From: Candidatus Hadarchaeota archaeon
GTDB taxonomy: Archaea; CAYQAE01; CAYVLA01
Assembly (NCBI GenBank): GCA_964452145.1
Contig: CAYVLA010000034.1
Span: 1-29,469, forward strand
Length of the DNA: 29,469 nucleotides
Direction: 5' to 3'
Of this stretch, positions 17,808-26,657 are shown piece by piece. The position numbers and the translations under genes were made by a program. The notes beneath the pieces are model-generated. The model did no database searches. It was not told where the DNA came from and was given only the letters and a program-made list of their open reading frames with translations. Position 1 is the stretch's first letter. Every line of letters starts with the position of its first letter.

Positions 17808-18337
17808 GTCTGAGCGGAGAGACGTGGACGAAGGTTGATCATACGGGTCTAACTCTCAATCTGGGTTGCGGTGGGACCGGCAAGTCTGACTCTGCCGAGC
17901 ATTTCACGCATCTGGGAGATGTCAGACTTGATGTCTCGCTTGGGCCCACCATTACCGTCATTGGCGATGCACACCGACTGCCGTTCAGGCGACACAGTTT
18001 CACATGCTGTTTCTCCAGCCACATGCTCGAACACTGCAAGCATCCCTATCGCGTCTTGGAGGAGATCCGTGAGGCAACCCACGGTCAGATCATAGTTATC
18101 GTTCCCTACACATGGGAGCATGAAAGCCCACATCATCTCTATTCGTGGACTGGGGCGACTTTCGAAAACCTTCTAAGGCATTTCTTCAGGCGCGTCTATG
18201 TCTACTCAAATCGCAGAAAGCATGAAAGACTGCTTGTTCACGGATGCTTCAAGAACATTCGGAGAACGGTCTACAAGGGGATCTATGACCTCTTGCAGTA
18301 CAAAACGGAATGGGTCGCTATCTGTGAGGCAATGTAG
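17804..18337 (+). CDS. Class I SAM-dependent methyltransferase (type 11-like), probable CTG start
   Basis: In-frame translation upstream of the listed ATG 18023 gives LNLGCGG (motif I, 17855-17875), DVRLDV, GDAHRLPF and FSSHMLEH. There is no in-frame ATG/GTG/TTG between the stop at 17687-17689 and 18023. CTG 17804 overlaps the upstream TGA and has GGAG 7 nt before it. Confidence 0.75.
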   Translation: MSLSGETWTKVDHTGLTLNLGCGGTGKSDSAEHFTHLGDVRLDVSLGPTITVIGDAHRLPFRRHSFTCCFSSHMLEHCKHPYRVLEEIREATHGQIIVIVPYTWEHESPHHLYSWTGATFENLLRHFFRRVYVYSNRRKHERLLVHGCFKNIRRTVYKGIYDLLQYKTEWVAICEAM

Positions 18338-18527
18338 ACGTCTTTCGGCACTGACGATGTCCATTCCTCGTCACATGACCAGGTCTGTGTTCGGCCGTCC
18401 GAATGGACAGGAATGATGAGGATCGAAGTCACCCATGCTCCAACGCCTGCCGACCCAATGAGCCGGGCCTGAGGTACCCTGACGAGCTTGGGAAACACTA
18501 ATCACCGTATGACGACCCAGGCTCACT

Positions 18528-19613
18528 ATGGATGTCGAGACCAAGATGGACCTCGCCAGAAGAGTGGGCGAGGAGATAATAACCGAGGAGGAGCTCAGAG
18601 AGCTTTTCGAGTCAAAGGATCACCCCGTCGCCTACGACGGCTTCGAGCCGTCAGGGCTGGCTCCTATACACTTCGCCCTGTACAGGGCGATCAACCTTCA
18701 GGATCTCCTCAGGACCGGGATCAGGTTCAAGCTTTGGCTGGCCGACTGGTTTGCCTGGATCAACAACAAGATGGGAGGAGACCTGGACAGAATCAGGAAG
18801 GTCGGGGAGTACTTCATCGAGGTCTGGAAGGCTGCGGGCGTGGACACGTCCAAGGTCGAATTCCTTTGGGCCAGCGATAACATGGACTCGGAGTACTGGA
18901 AGCGCGTCCTGCTCATCGCCAAGAACACGACCGTGAGCCGGATGAACCGTTGCCTCACGATAATGGGCCGAAAGGAGGGTGAGCTCCATGATGTGGCCCA
19001 GTACTTCTACCCCGCCATGCAGGTCTCGGACATCTTCCAGTTGAACTGCGACATATGCCAGCTGGGCATCGATCAGAGAAGGGCGAACATGCTGGCCCGC
19101 GAGATAGGACCCAGGATAGGCCTGTGGAAACCGGTGGCCGTCCACCACCACATGCTCATCGGGCTTCAGGGCGTGAAGGCCCCCGAAGGGTTCGAGTCCG
19201 ACAAGGGAATGGATGTGGAGATCAGCTCGAAGATGAGCAAGTCGGTTCCCGAGGGCTGCATCTACGTGCACGATTCACCGCAGACCATCAGAGAGAAGAT
19301 AAGGGCAGCATACTGTCCGCCCAGGGATACGGAGAACAACCCGATGCTCGATTATTCAAAGCACATCATCTTCAGGAAGGTGCAGACCCTGGACGTGAAG
19401 CGGCCGGCCAAGTACGGCGGGGACCTCGTTGTCGAAGGATACCCCGAGCTTGAGCAGAGATACCGGGCGGGCGAGATACATCCCCTCGATCTGAAGAATG
19501 CCGTGGCAGAGGAGCTGGATAGGCTCATATCCCCGATCAGGGAGCACTTCGAGAAGGACAGAAGGGCCGCCGAGCTATTTGAACTGGTCAGAAGCGCGGA
19601 GATCACGAGGTAG
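18528..19613 (+). CDS. tyrS: Tyrosine--tRNA ligase, archaeal type
   Basis: AYDGFEPSG, WLADWFAWINNK, YPAMQVSDIF, LGIDQRRANMLARE, KMSKS and IHPLDLKNAVA. Confidence 0.96.
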   Translation: MDVETKMDLARRVGEEIITEEELRELFESKDHPVAYDGFEPSGLAPIHFALYRAINLQDLLRTGIRFKLWLADWFAWINNKMGGDLDRIRKVGEYFIEVWKAAGVDTSKVEFLWASDNMDSEYWKRVLLIAKNTTVSRMNRCLTIMGRKEGELHDVAQYFYPAMQVSDIFQLNCDICQLGIDQRRANMLAREIGPRIGLWKPVAVHHHMLIGLQGVKAPEGFESDKGMDVEISSKMSKSVPEGCIYVHDSPQTIREKIRAAYCPPRDTENNPMLDYSKHIIFRKVQTLDVKRPAKYGGDLVVEGYPELEQRYRAGEIHPLDLKNAVAEELDRLISPIREHFEKDRRAAELFELVRSAEITR

Positions 19614-20109
19614 GCGCCAGCGTTCTGGAGAAGGAAATGCTGGCGTATATGGCCCTGAAACCATTGGCCTCATAGGCCCTCTGGGCTGCCACGTTGTTCT
19701 GGTCGGTGAGGACCTCGACGTAGCTCGCGCCCATCGACGCAAGCCACTCCAATGCACTGGCGACCAGGAGCTTTCCCGCCCCTCTTCTCTGCTTCTCGGG
19801 ATCGACTGCAAGCGAAACGATTCGCCCCCAGGTCTTTCCGAACTGGCTAGAGTTGGCCCTGTCGATGGCAAGGACTATGTAGCCCACGACGAACCCGGAG
19901 TCCACCGCGACCAGTATCTCCATATCATCCTCGCCGGCCTCCCGCCTCCGAGCGTATCCCTCGGCCTCCCTTGCGTAGTAGTCGGCTACCCTGTCCCGGT
20001 CCAGACTATCGTCGATGGCGTATCGGGCGAGGCCGAGCCCCATGAAGGCACGGGGGGCGATCTCCTTCATCCTCTGGGAATCCGTACTGGCGTAGGGTCT
20101 GATCTCCAT
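19603..20109 (-). CDS. GNAT family N-acetyltransferase
   Basis: IVSLAVDPEKQRRGAGKLLV (acetyl-CoA motif A) and NVAAQRAYEANGF. Confidence 0.9.
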   Translation of the reverse strand: MEIRPYASTDSQRMKEIAPRAFMGLGLARYAIDDSLDRDRVADYYAREAEGYARRREAGEDDMEILVAVDSGFVVGYIVLAIDRANSSQFGKTWGRIVSLAVDPEKQRRGAGKLLVASALEWLASMGASYVEVLTDQNNVAAQRAYEANGFRAIYASISFSRTLAPTS

Positions 20110-20148
20110 GGTCCAACCGGCCGCATCGAATGTAACTGCACGGCACAG

Positions 20149-20155
20149 TTTAATA
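20149..20155 (+). promoter_or_regulatory. TATA box for paralog 2 (leaderless)
   Basis: TTTAATA begins 29 nt before ATG 20178 in a divergent intergenic region. Confidence 0.55.
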
Positions 20156-20177
20156 TCTATACGCAGGTTGACTTGCC

Positions 20178-21374
20178 ATGGGCAGGTGCCTCCTAGCCCT
20201 CTTGCTGATCCTTCTCACGTCTTGTGTGGCTGGGCGAGATGAGAGGAGGGATCCCCAGACAGGTAGGATCCGGGTCCTGTACATAGGGGATGCCTGGGGC
20301 CCGACCCCCTTCTTCCACATATCCGCCGAGCCCTCCTTCATCGCCTCCCCCATACCTGCAACCTACCAGCACATAGGGACCTACGGAGACAGACAGCTAC
20401 GCCAGTTCATGCGGATCTACATGCCAAGGAGCTACGGGGAGTTGGTCTCCAAGTACGATTCGGTGATCCTCAGCGACACCAACCGAGGGCTCTACAGCGT
20501 CGAGCAGCTGATATGGTTCAGAGAATCGGTGGAGGATGAGGGCCTAGGGCTGATGATGGTGGGGGGCGTTGAGGCCTTCGGAGGAGATAACCATCCGACA
20601 TGGGGCGATTCTCCCGTTGAGGAAGCCCTCCCGGTGTTGTGCATGAGCGGCAAGACGTTCAGGAAGGACTTCAAGGCGATTCCGTACAAGCCCGAGGACT
20701 CCTTCATAAAGTCCCTGCCATGGAAGACGATGCCCTTCTTCCACGGCATGAACATCGTCACGGCTAAGGACGGATCCAGCATTCTGCTTCAGGCCGACCT
20801 TGATCCCCATCATCCCATCCTAGTCCACTGGACCTTCGGAGAGGGCGCCGGCCTTGCCCACGCGCCCGATTGGACCCCGGCCTGGGGCCAATCCATCATG
20901 TATGACTGGGAGTATTACTCGGACTACGTAGCCAACATGCTCTATCTTGTTGGAGGGGTCCAGATTCCGCAGGACCCGGAGCTAATCCACCAGATAAGGA
21001 AGAAGTTCATGGGATATGCCCTGGACAGGGCCTTTGCGATCAGCTTGATCGAATTCGTGGAGAAGTTCGGAGCCCAAATCTCGAAGCCCGAGAGGTCCCT
21101 GCAGGAGATCGCCTCGATGCAGAGACAGGCAGAGCGGTCCTACGTCGAGCAGGATTACGAAGCTGTTCTGTCCAAGCTGGATGCCGTTAAAGAACGGTTC
21201 GACAGCCTGACCAAGGAACTCCTCAAGCTAAAGGATAGAGCGCTTCTATGGATATACGTGGTGGAGTGGTCGGTCGTCAGCGCGACTTCCATCATCTGCG
21301 GCGTCCTTGTATGGGCCCTCATGGTCAGGAAGCGCCTCTACCGGGAAGTCCAGCTAACCCGATCCCGGCTCTGA
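20178..21374 (+). CDS. Secreted GATase1-like (DUF1355-like) protein with C-terminal TM + LYREV tail, paralog 2
   Basis: Signal peptide, DPQTGRIRVLYIG, MRIYMPR, GLGLMMVGGVEAFGG, PQDPELIHQIR, KFGA, and ALLWIYVVEW...KRLYREVQLTR. Confidence 0.8.
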   Translation: MGRCLLALLLILLTSCVAGRDERRDPQTGRIRVLYIGDAWGPTPFFHISAEPSFIASPIPATYQHIGTYGDRQLRQFMRIYMPRSYGELVSKYDSVILSDTNRGLYSVEQLIWFRESVEDEGLGLMMVGGVEAFGGDNHPTWGDSPVEEALPVLCMSGKTFRKDFKAIPYKPEDSFIKSLPWKTMPFFHGMNIVTAKDGSSILLQADLDPHHPILVHWTFGEGAGLAHAPDWTPAWGQSIMYDWEYYSDYVANMLYLVGGVQIPQDPELIHQIRKKFMGYALDRAFAISLIEFVEKFGAQISKPERSLQEIASMQRQAERSYVEQDYEAVLSKLDAVKERFDSLTKELLKLKDRALLWIYVVEWSVVSATSIICGVLVWALMVRKRLYREVQLTRSRL

Positions 21375-24300
21375 GACGGGGCCTGCGCAGCCTCAGCGTC
21401 CTGATCTGGTAGTGGGAGATCGAGAGCGGCCCTTCCGGTAGTCTGCCCTCCGACGATCTCTCCGTCATGTCAGACTCCTCCATCGTCTCCCACCCGATCA
21501 GAGACTCCAGCCCCACGTCCGAGGTGTCAAGCCCATGCGCCTCGTAGAGGCGCAGGATCAGATCATCTGAATCCTCATGCGGCTTGAGGCAGGACGCAAT
21601 CACGTTCATCGCCGAAATCGATATGAAGAAGGCTCGACCCGGCAACCGGCCTCCGTGCTGGGTGTCTACATGACAGAGCAGTGGATTGTTGAACTCCAAT
21701 CCCTGGCGCACCACTCCCGAAGTCCAGTCACCCCGATGAGCGTATAGGGCAATCGAGGTGGTGTGACGGCCGGTGTCGGTTCCCTCTCTCGAGCGGTGCC
21801 CCCTGGGGTTCCTCACAAGAGTCACCCTAAGTCGGGTCCCATCCCGCAGGTCGTAACCATACCTGCCGGCGTTGAGAAGGGCAAGGCCAAAAGAACCATC
21901 AGAGAGATCCACCCAGTTCTGGGCGGGTCGGTCGATCGTTGGCTCCCTGATTATCGAAGCAAAGGGGATCTCAAAGGCTGCCCTGGCGGCTTCCAACGCC
22001 GCAGGCGCGACGAGTTTGTATAGAATCCTCATGTCCTGGATATCGATGGTTGTGGAGCAGACCAGCCTCGGCGACCCCTTGCACAACGATACCTCCTGAA
22101 GGATCGCGTTGGCACCATCCCTTCTCCGTATCCTGACCGTTGCCCTGATCGGCCCCTTCTCCACAAGATCGACCGATTCGACCCCGTCGATGCGCACAGG
22201 ATCGCCCGTGATCTTAAGGTGCCAAGGATCGCCTTCATCGGTGCATCTCTCAAGGGCCAGTCCGGCCCGGCTGGCTATGAACTCCCGGCCGGCGGCCTTC
22301 AATGAAGTCAGAAGGCCGTCTCGGCGATCGATCCGTGCCTCGAGGAACTCATTCTGCAGAACTAGTTGATCGGCGTCCTCCACGGCCAAGGACGTGGTGG
22401 GCCTGTGGCCGTCCAGTGAGAGGTGATAGACCTCGTATCCCAGGGGAGGCACTTTGTCGGCAACGAACAGGACGGTGAGATTCCTGTTGGCCTTGTCGTA
22501 GGTGCCGCGGGTGTCCTCAAGGACCTGGCATTCGACATCCCTGCCCTCCGAGTCCACCATCCTGGGCCATGCCGAATAGCTGTGCTCGAGCGTGAGTTTG
22601 ACTTCCACCGGATCGGTGCGCTCCCACGAAAGAGTGTTGAACACCACGACCGGAATCCCTGCCCCTCGGGTATCTGCTCGGGAGGAGATCCTGGCCATCG
22701 ACGATCTGATGACCTCCCAAGACAAGGTCTCGGCCTCATCGTAGCGGCGATGGGCCTCGTCGTAGGCATCCTTGATGGCAGTGCCGGGAAGTATGTCGTG
22801 CATCTGGTTCAGGAGCACATGACGCCATGCCCGGGCCACGGACTCCCTTGGGTACTCCATCCCGAGGAGGGCGGCCAGGGATCCGAGTTTCTCGGCTGCA
22901 AGCAGCAGGTTCTCGCATAGCCTGTTCCTCCTCTTAACCTCGCAGTGGGTGCTGTAGGATCCAGCGTTGTTGTTGCCCGAGTCGTCCATGTACTGGGGCA
23001 GCTCACCTCTGTAGGTTGGGATCCCATCCAGATTCTGCTTCTCAAGATCCTGGAAGAACCTCGCCGGCGTTGAGAACTCGACGGTCGGACCGACTACCAG
23101 CTTGCTGAACCACTCCACTCCTTCGATGCTGGAGCGCGTGGGCGGGGTGAGGTCATCGCCGTCGAGGAACATATAGCATCTGCATTTGGATCGGGAAGCA
23201 TACCCGAAGAAGTTGTTGAGGATCTTCCTGTGTTCCATCATCTGGGCGCTGTCATAATGGCAGGGCAAATGGTATGCCAGGACCCTCGATCCATCAGGGC
23301 CCTCCCACCAGTATTCAACATCGGGTATCAGGTTGGCCCAGTTCGCAAAGGTGTAGTACCTCACACCCGATCTTTTCAGTATCTGGGGCAGGCTCCAGCT
23401 ATGTCCGCTGAAGGAATCCAGATTCCAGCCACTTGAGGGCTCCACGCCGAACCCCTCGGCGAAGTACCTCTTCGAGAGCATCACTTGGCGGATGAAAGAT
23501 TCGCCGCACGGCATGTTTCCCTCGGGTTCCGAGTACAGCGCCCCACAGGGGTCAAGCCGTCCCGCGGATACGTATTTCGCGATCTTCTCCATGAGAGCGC
23601 TGCCCTCAAGGTGCAGGTAGGCCGGAGGCTGGTCCTGGGCGAAGGTGTAGGCTTGATTACTGTCCATCAACCGCGTGGCCAGGTCGAAGACCGTGCGCAT
23701 GATCCTCTTGGTCTCCTCGTATGTCCATCCCCATGCCAGATCCACATGCGAATGAGGGACGACCTGGACGCGGTACCTCTTCAGCAGGGGCCCCGCCCCC
23801 GCCAGGGAGGCCCGGGCTGCAATGAGCGATGCCGTGCACGCCTCGAATCTGCCTTGTGAAAGAGCCTCCTGGTCGACCCGCCCCAGAAATGAGGAAAGAC
23901 ATCGGTTGACAGAGTCCTCGGAGCTGGAATCCAGCTTCCTCAGACCCTTGACGAAGAAGAGCTCCTCGTAGAGGGCCATCAGCTCCCTCTGACGATCGCA
24001 GGTAAGCGATACAGGGCACGGGTTCTCGTGGCTCATCCAGCCCTCCGCATTCCTGATCGCCAACGCGATCTCATCATCCTTCCTGGCCGGCGGCAGCGCG
24101 ACCGATTCCTCCGGACCCGCCTTCCCCGCCGTCTTGCCGTTGAGAAAGACCTCGCACTCACCGCCCATGCAAGGATGTACCTCAAGGCAACACCCATCCA
24201 AGAGAGCCGGCACGGAGAAGCGCGTCCTGAACCAGGCGACATTCCAGCTCCGGCCCATCAGACCTCTCGGGCCTGTCCATGAGGAGTCCTCGAAGCCCGG

Positions 24301-24408
24301 CAGATGCGCACCCGGAGGATCGGTATCGCTACATTTCCAGCTCAGGTCCCAGAGCAGACTCCGCTCGAGCATCTCGAAGATAGGGTCGAGGCCGACTTCG
24401 GGCTTCAT
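21325..24408 (-). CDS. GH38 alpha-mannosidase-family glycoside hydrolase with extra N-terminal beta-sandwich
   Basis: HSHVDLAWGW (Zn ligands), GESFIRQ, WNLDSFSGHS (nucleophile region), WWEGPDGSRV, LLNQMHDILPGT, VVFNTLSWER, FEIPF and LILRLYEAHG. Confidence 0.93.
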   Translation of the reverse strand: MKPEVGLDPIFEMLERSLLWDLSWKCSDTDPPGAHLPGFEDSSWTGPRGLMGRSWNVAWFRTRFSVPALLDGCCLEVHPCMGGECEVFLNGKTAGKAGPEESVALPPARKDDEIALAIRNAEGWMSHENPCPVSLTCDRQRELMALYEELFFVKGLRKLDSSSEDSVNRCLSSFLGRVDQEALSQGRFEACTASLIAARASLAGAGPLLKRYRVQVVPHSHVDLAWGWTYEETKRIMRTVFDLATRLMDSNQAYTFAQDQPPAYLHLEGSALMEKIAKYVSAGRLDPCGALYSEPEGNMPCGESFIRQVMLSKRYFAEGFGVEPSSGWNLDSFSGHSWSLPQILKRSGVRYYTFANWANLIPDVEYWWEGPDGSRVLAYHLPCHYDSAQMMEHRKILNNFFGYASRSKCRCYMFLDGDDLTPPTRSSIEGVEWFSKLVVGPTVEFSTPARFFQDLEKQNLDGIPTYRGELPQYMDDSGNNNAGSYSTHCEVKRRNRLCENLLLAAEKLGSLAALLGMEYPRESVARAWRHVLLNQMHDILPGTAIKDAYDEAHRRYDEAETLSWEVIRSSMARISSRADTRGAGIPVVVFNTLSWERTDPVEVKLTLEHSYSAWPRMVDSEGRDVECQVLEDTRGTYDKANRNLTVLFVADKVPPLGYEVYHLSLDGHRPTTSLAVEDADQLVLQNEFLEARIDRRDGLLTSLKAAGREFIASRAGLALERCTDEGDPWHLKITGDPVRIDGVESVDLVEKGPIRATVRIRRRDGANAILQEVSLCKGSPRLVCSTTIDIQDMRILYKLVAPAALEAARAAFEIPFASIIREPTIDRPAQNWVDLSDGSFGLALLNAGRYGYDLRDGTRLRVTLVRNPRGHRSREGTDTGRHTTSIALYAHRGDWTSGVVRQGLEFNNPLLCHVDTQHGGRLPGRAFFISISAMNVIASCLKPHEDSDDLILRLYEAHGLDTSDVGLESLIGWETMEESDMTERSSEGRLPEGPLSISHYQIRTLRLRRPRLRAGIGLAGLPGRGAS

Positions 24409-24429
24409 GGCAGTGTGAGGGAAGCCGGG

Positions 24430-24514
24430 ATATTAAGTATGACTGCAGTCCCGCCGGGGGCGAGAGGCCCAAAGACTCATGCACCATCACGATCATTCCC
24501 GGAAGATATTTATC
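24430..24514. promoter_or_regulatory. Divergent TATA boxes for GH38 (minus) and prsW (plus)
   Basis: Minus-strand TTAATA (24436-24431) is 28 nt before ATG 24408. Plus-strand GGAAGA-TATTTAT (24501-24513) has its TATA 29 nt before GTG 24536. Confidence 0.55.
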
Positions 24515-24535
24515 CTCTCCCCTGTGGCCGTCGGT

Positions 24536-25300
24536 GTGCTCCAGGAGCAGGTAGCTCTTGTGGCGATGGGCTTCGTCCCCTGCGTCTTCTATCTACTCTG
24601 GGTCAGGCGCTCGGAGCTGAGTCGGAGGGAGCCCTTTTTCAGGGTCTTTCAGGTATTCGCTCTGGGCGCAACCGTCTCAACCGGGCTGGCCTTGGTCCTA
24701 GAGATCGCCGGTCAGTTCGTCGTCGACCTGTACGCAGCTGTCAGCAAAGCCCCCTCGGGGGGCAATCTCCTGGTCGGCATAGTGGTGCTGGCACCGATAT
24801 TCGAGGAGTTCACCAAGGCGGTCCCGGTCCTGATGATCAAAGGCAGGTCGTACTTCGACGAGGTGGAGGACGGACTGGTATACGGGGCTGCGGCGGGATT
24901 CGGATTCGCCGCGACCGAGAACGTCATGTATTTCTTCGTATCCTGGAAGGAGCAGACCCTAGCCCTGGGCCAAGCCGCAACCCTTGCCTCCCTGGCCGGC
25001 CTGGTCATCGTGAGGTCCTTGGGCTCGGCTTCTCTTCACGGCGCGACGGGGGCGATCTCCGGATCCGGCATATCGACCCAGAAGCTGCTCGGCGGTTTCT
25101 GGATAACAAGGTACGCCATGGCCGTTATCTACCACGCCCTGTATAACTTCGCCATATTCCTTTTTGCAGTGCTGGGGACTCGTTTCCTTCCCGGACCTCT
25201 CTCCGTCCTGCCACTGGTCGTTGCCTGTGCCTTTGGTCTATGGCTCTTCAAATCCATACTCCACGAGATAAGGGTGCTGGACCGGGCCTCGATGAGGTGA
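24536..25300 (+). CDS. prsW: PrsW-family intramembrane glutamic/metalloprotease
   Basis: APIFEEFTK, DGLVYGAAAGFGFAATEN, LHGATG and YHALYN in a multi-TM protein. Start re-called from 24479 to GTG 24536 on promoter spacing. Confidence 0.88.
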   Translation: MLQEQVALVAMGFVPCVFYLLWVRRSELSRREPFFRVFQVFALGATVSTGLALVLEIAGQFVVDLYAAVSKAPSGGNLLVGIVVLAPIFEEFTKAVPVLMIKGRSYFDEVEDGLVYGAAAGFGFAATENVMYFFVSWKEQTLALGQAATLASLAGLVIVRSLGSASLHGATGAISGSGISTQKLLGGFWITRYAMAVIYHALYNFAIFLFAVLGTRFLPGPLSVLPLVVACAFGLWLFKSILHEIRVLDRASMR

Positions 25301-25424
25301 TGCAAGGTCCAGCTGAAGGGTGGCTGCCTGTCCGTCTGCCCCTTTCTTGTCTGGCGTCTTCGCTGCGTATACCCCGTCAGTCCGTGTGCGCAACGTTTTT
25401 CAGCATGAAAGACCAGGATCTGGT

Positions 25425-26642
25425 GTGGGATTCAGACAGTTACTGGTTGTTCTAGTCCTTTGCGGACTGATGGCTGGAACCGCTTCGTGCGCCGAGCTAC
25501 GTCCCCGGACGGACAGCAACGGCGTTATCCGCCTTCTCCACATAGGCAAGGCATGGTTGTATGCCGGCCATCCTGCCAGCGTCTGGACCCAAGACCCGCG
25601 CATATACTACTACCCTGTGCCGAGCCATGCATGGTCCATGGGGGAGGAAGCATTCAGATCCCTTCGCCGTTACCTGCCGCGCACCGATCAGTACCTCTAC
25701 GAGAACTTCGATGTCATCATCGAGGATGGCATGGACGCCAGCCACCTCAGACTCGAGTTCCACCAATGGATGAAGACGGGCATCCAGCAGCAGGGCATGG
25801 GTTTCCTCATGGCCGACGATTCCTCGAGCTTCGCCACAAGCGGAAGGCATACCTCATGGTACCTCTACCCCATAGGGGAGGTCCTTCCGGTAACCGACAT
25901 CGCCCAGATATACTATGAGCAGCACGGATACCGGGTCATAGTTGAGCCAGAATACCGGAACCATCCGCTGATGAGGAACGTGCCCTGGGACGAGATCAGG
26001 ATCTGGGCGCACAATAGGCCCAAGGAGAAGGAAGGGGCAATAGTCCTTGCGAGGATGTCGGGTGAGATCGTCTGGAACCGGAACCAGCCCGTCATCGCGT
26101 ACTGGGACTACGGGACCGGTCGATCGGTTGCCTACGTTCACAAGTGGCACGGGACGCCGGACTTCTACCGCTGGAAGTGGCACGCCGATGTCCTGTGTCA
26201 CATGGTCTACTTCCCGGCCCGCGTCGAGATACCTCAGGACCTTGAGCTGGTGCACCAGATACGTTCGCTCTTCAACGAGTTCCACTACAAGAGGATCTAC
26301 CTGATCTCGACCATGGAGTTTGCCGACAAGTTCGGCGCCAACCTGCGGCTCATCGAACAGGATCTGATGGCGCTGCTGGATGAGAAGAAGGAGGCAGATC
26401 GACTGTACATCATCCAGGATCTGGACGAATGCCAGGGCGGCATGACGGCTTTGATGACCGGTCTGGACAGACTGACTGACAGGGTGCTTGAGGCGAAGGA
26501 CAGGGCGCTTATGTGGATATTCGTGGCCGAGTGGCTGGTGGTCTCGGGGACATCCATGATCGCCGGTTTCCTGGTTTGGACCCTCATGGTTAGACGCAGG
26601 CTGTACAGGGAGGTCCGGGTGACGAGGCTCGTTGAGGCCTAG
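25425..26642 (+). CDS. Secreted GATase1-like (DUF1355-like) protein with C-terminal TM + LYREV tail, paralog 3
   Basis: Start re-called to GTG 25425, which gives a signal peptide (GFRQLLVVLVLCGLMAGTASCA). Motifs DSNGVIRLLHIG, LRRYLPR, WDYGTGR, PQDLELVHQIR, KFGA, and ALMWIFVAEW...RRLYREVRVTR. Confidence 0.8.
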   Translation: MGFRQLLVVLVLCGLMAGTASCAELRPRTDSNGVIRLLHIGKAWLYAGHPASVWTQDPRIYYYPVPSHAWSMGEEAFRSLRRYLPRTDQYLYENFDVIIEDGMDASHLRLEFHQWMKTGIQQQGMGFLMADDSSSFATSGRHTSWYLYPIGEVLPVTDIAQIYYEQHGYRVIVEPEYRNHPLMRNVPWDEIRIWAHNRPKEKEGAIVLARMSGEIVWNRNQPVIAYWDYGTGRSVAYVHKWHGTPDFYRWKWHADVLCHMVYFPARVEIPQDLELVHQIRSLFNEFHYKRIYLISTMEFADKFGANLRLIEQDLMALLDEKKEADRLYIIQDLDECQGGMTALMTGLDRLTDRVLEAKDRALMWIFVAEWLVVSGTSMIAGFLVWTLMVRRRLYREVRVTRLVEA

Positions 26643-26657
26643 GATCGGTGAGATGGC

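Noticed and set aside
24479..24535. MHHHDH metal-binding N-terminus on PrsW
   Set aside because: It lies upstream of and across the BRE/TATA-like element; GTG 24536 is the better start.
15764..26642. Diversity-generating retroelement or recent duplication explaining the three paralogs
   Set aside because: No reverse transcriptase and no near-identical nucleotide repeats. The paralogs are anciently diverged.
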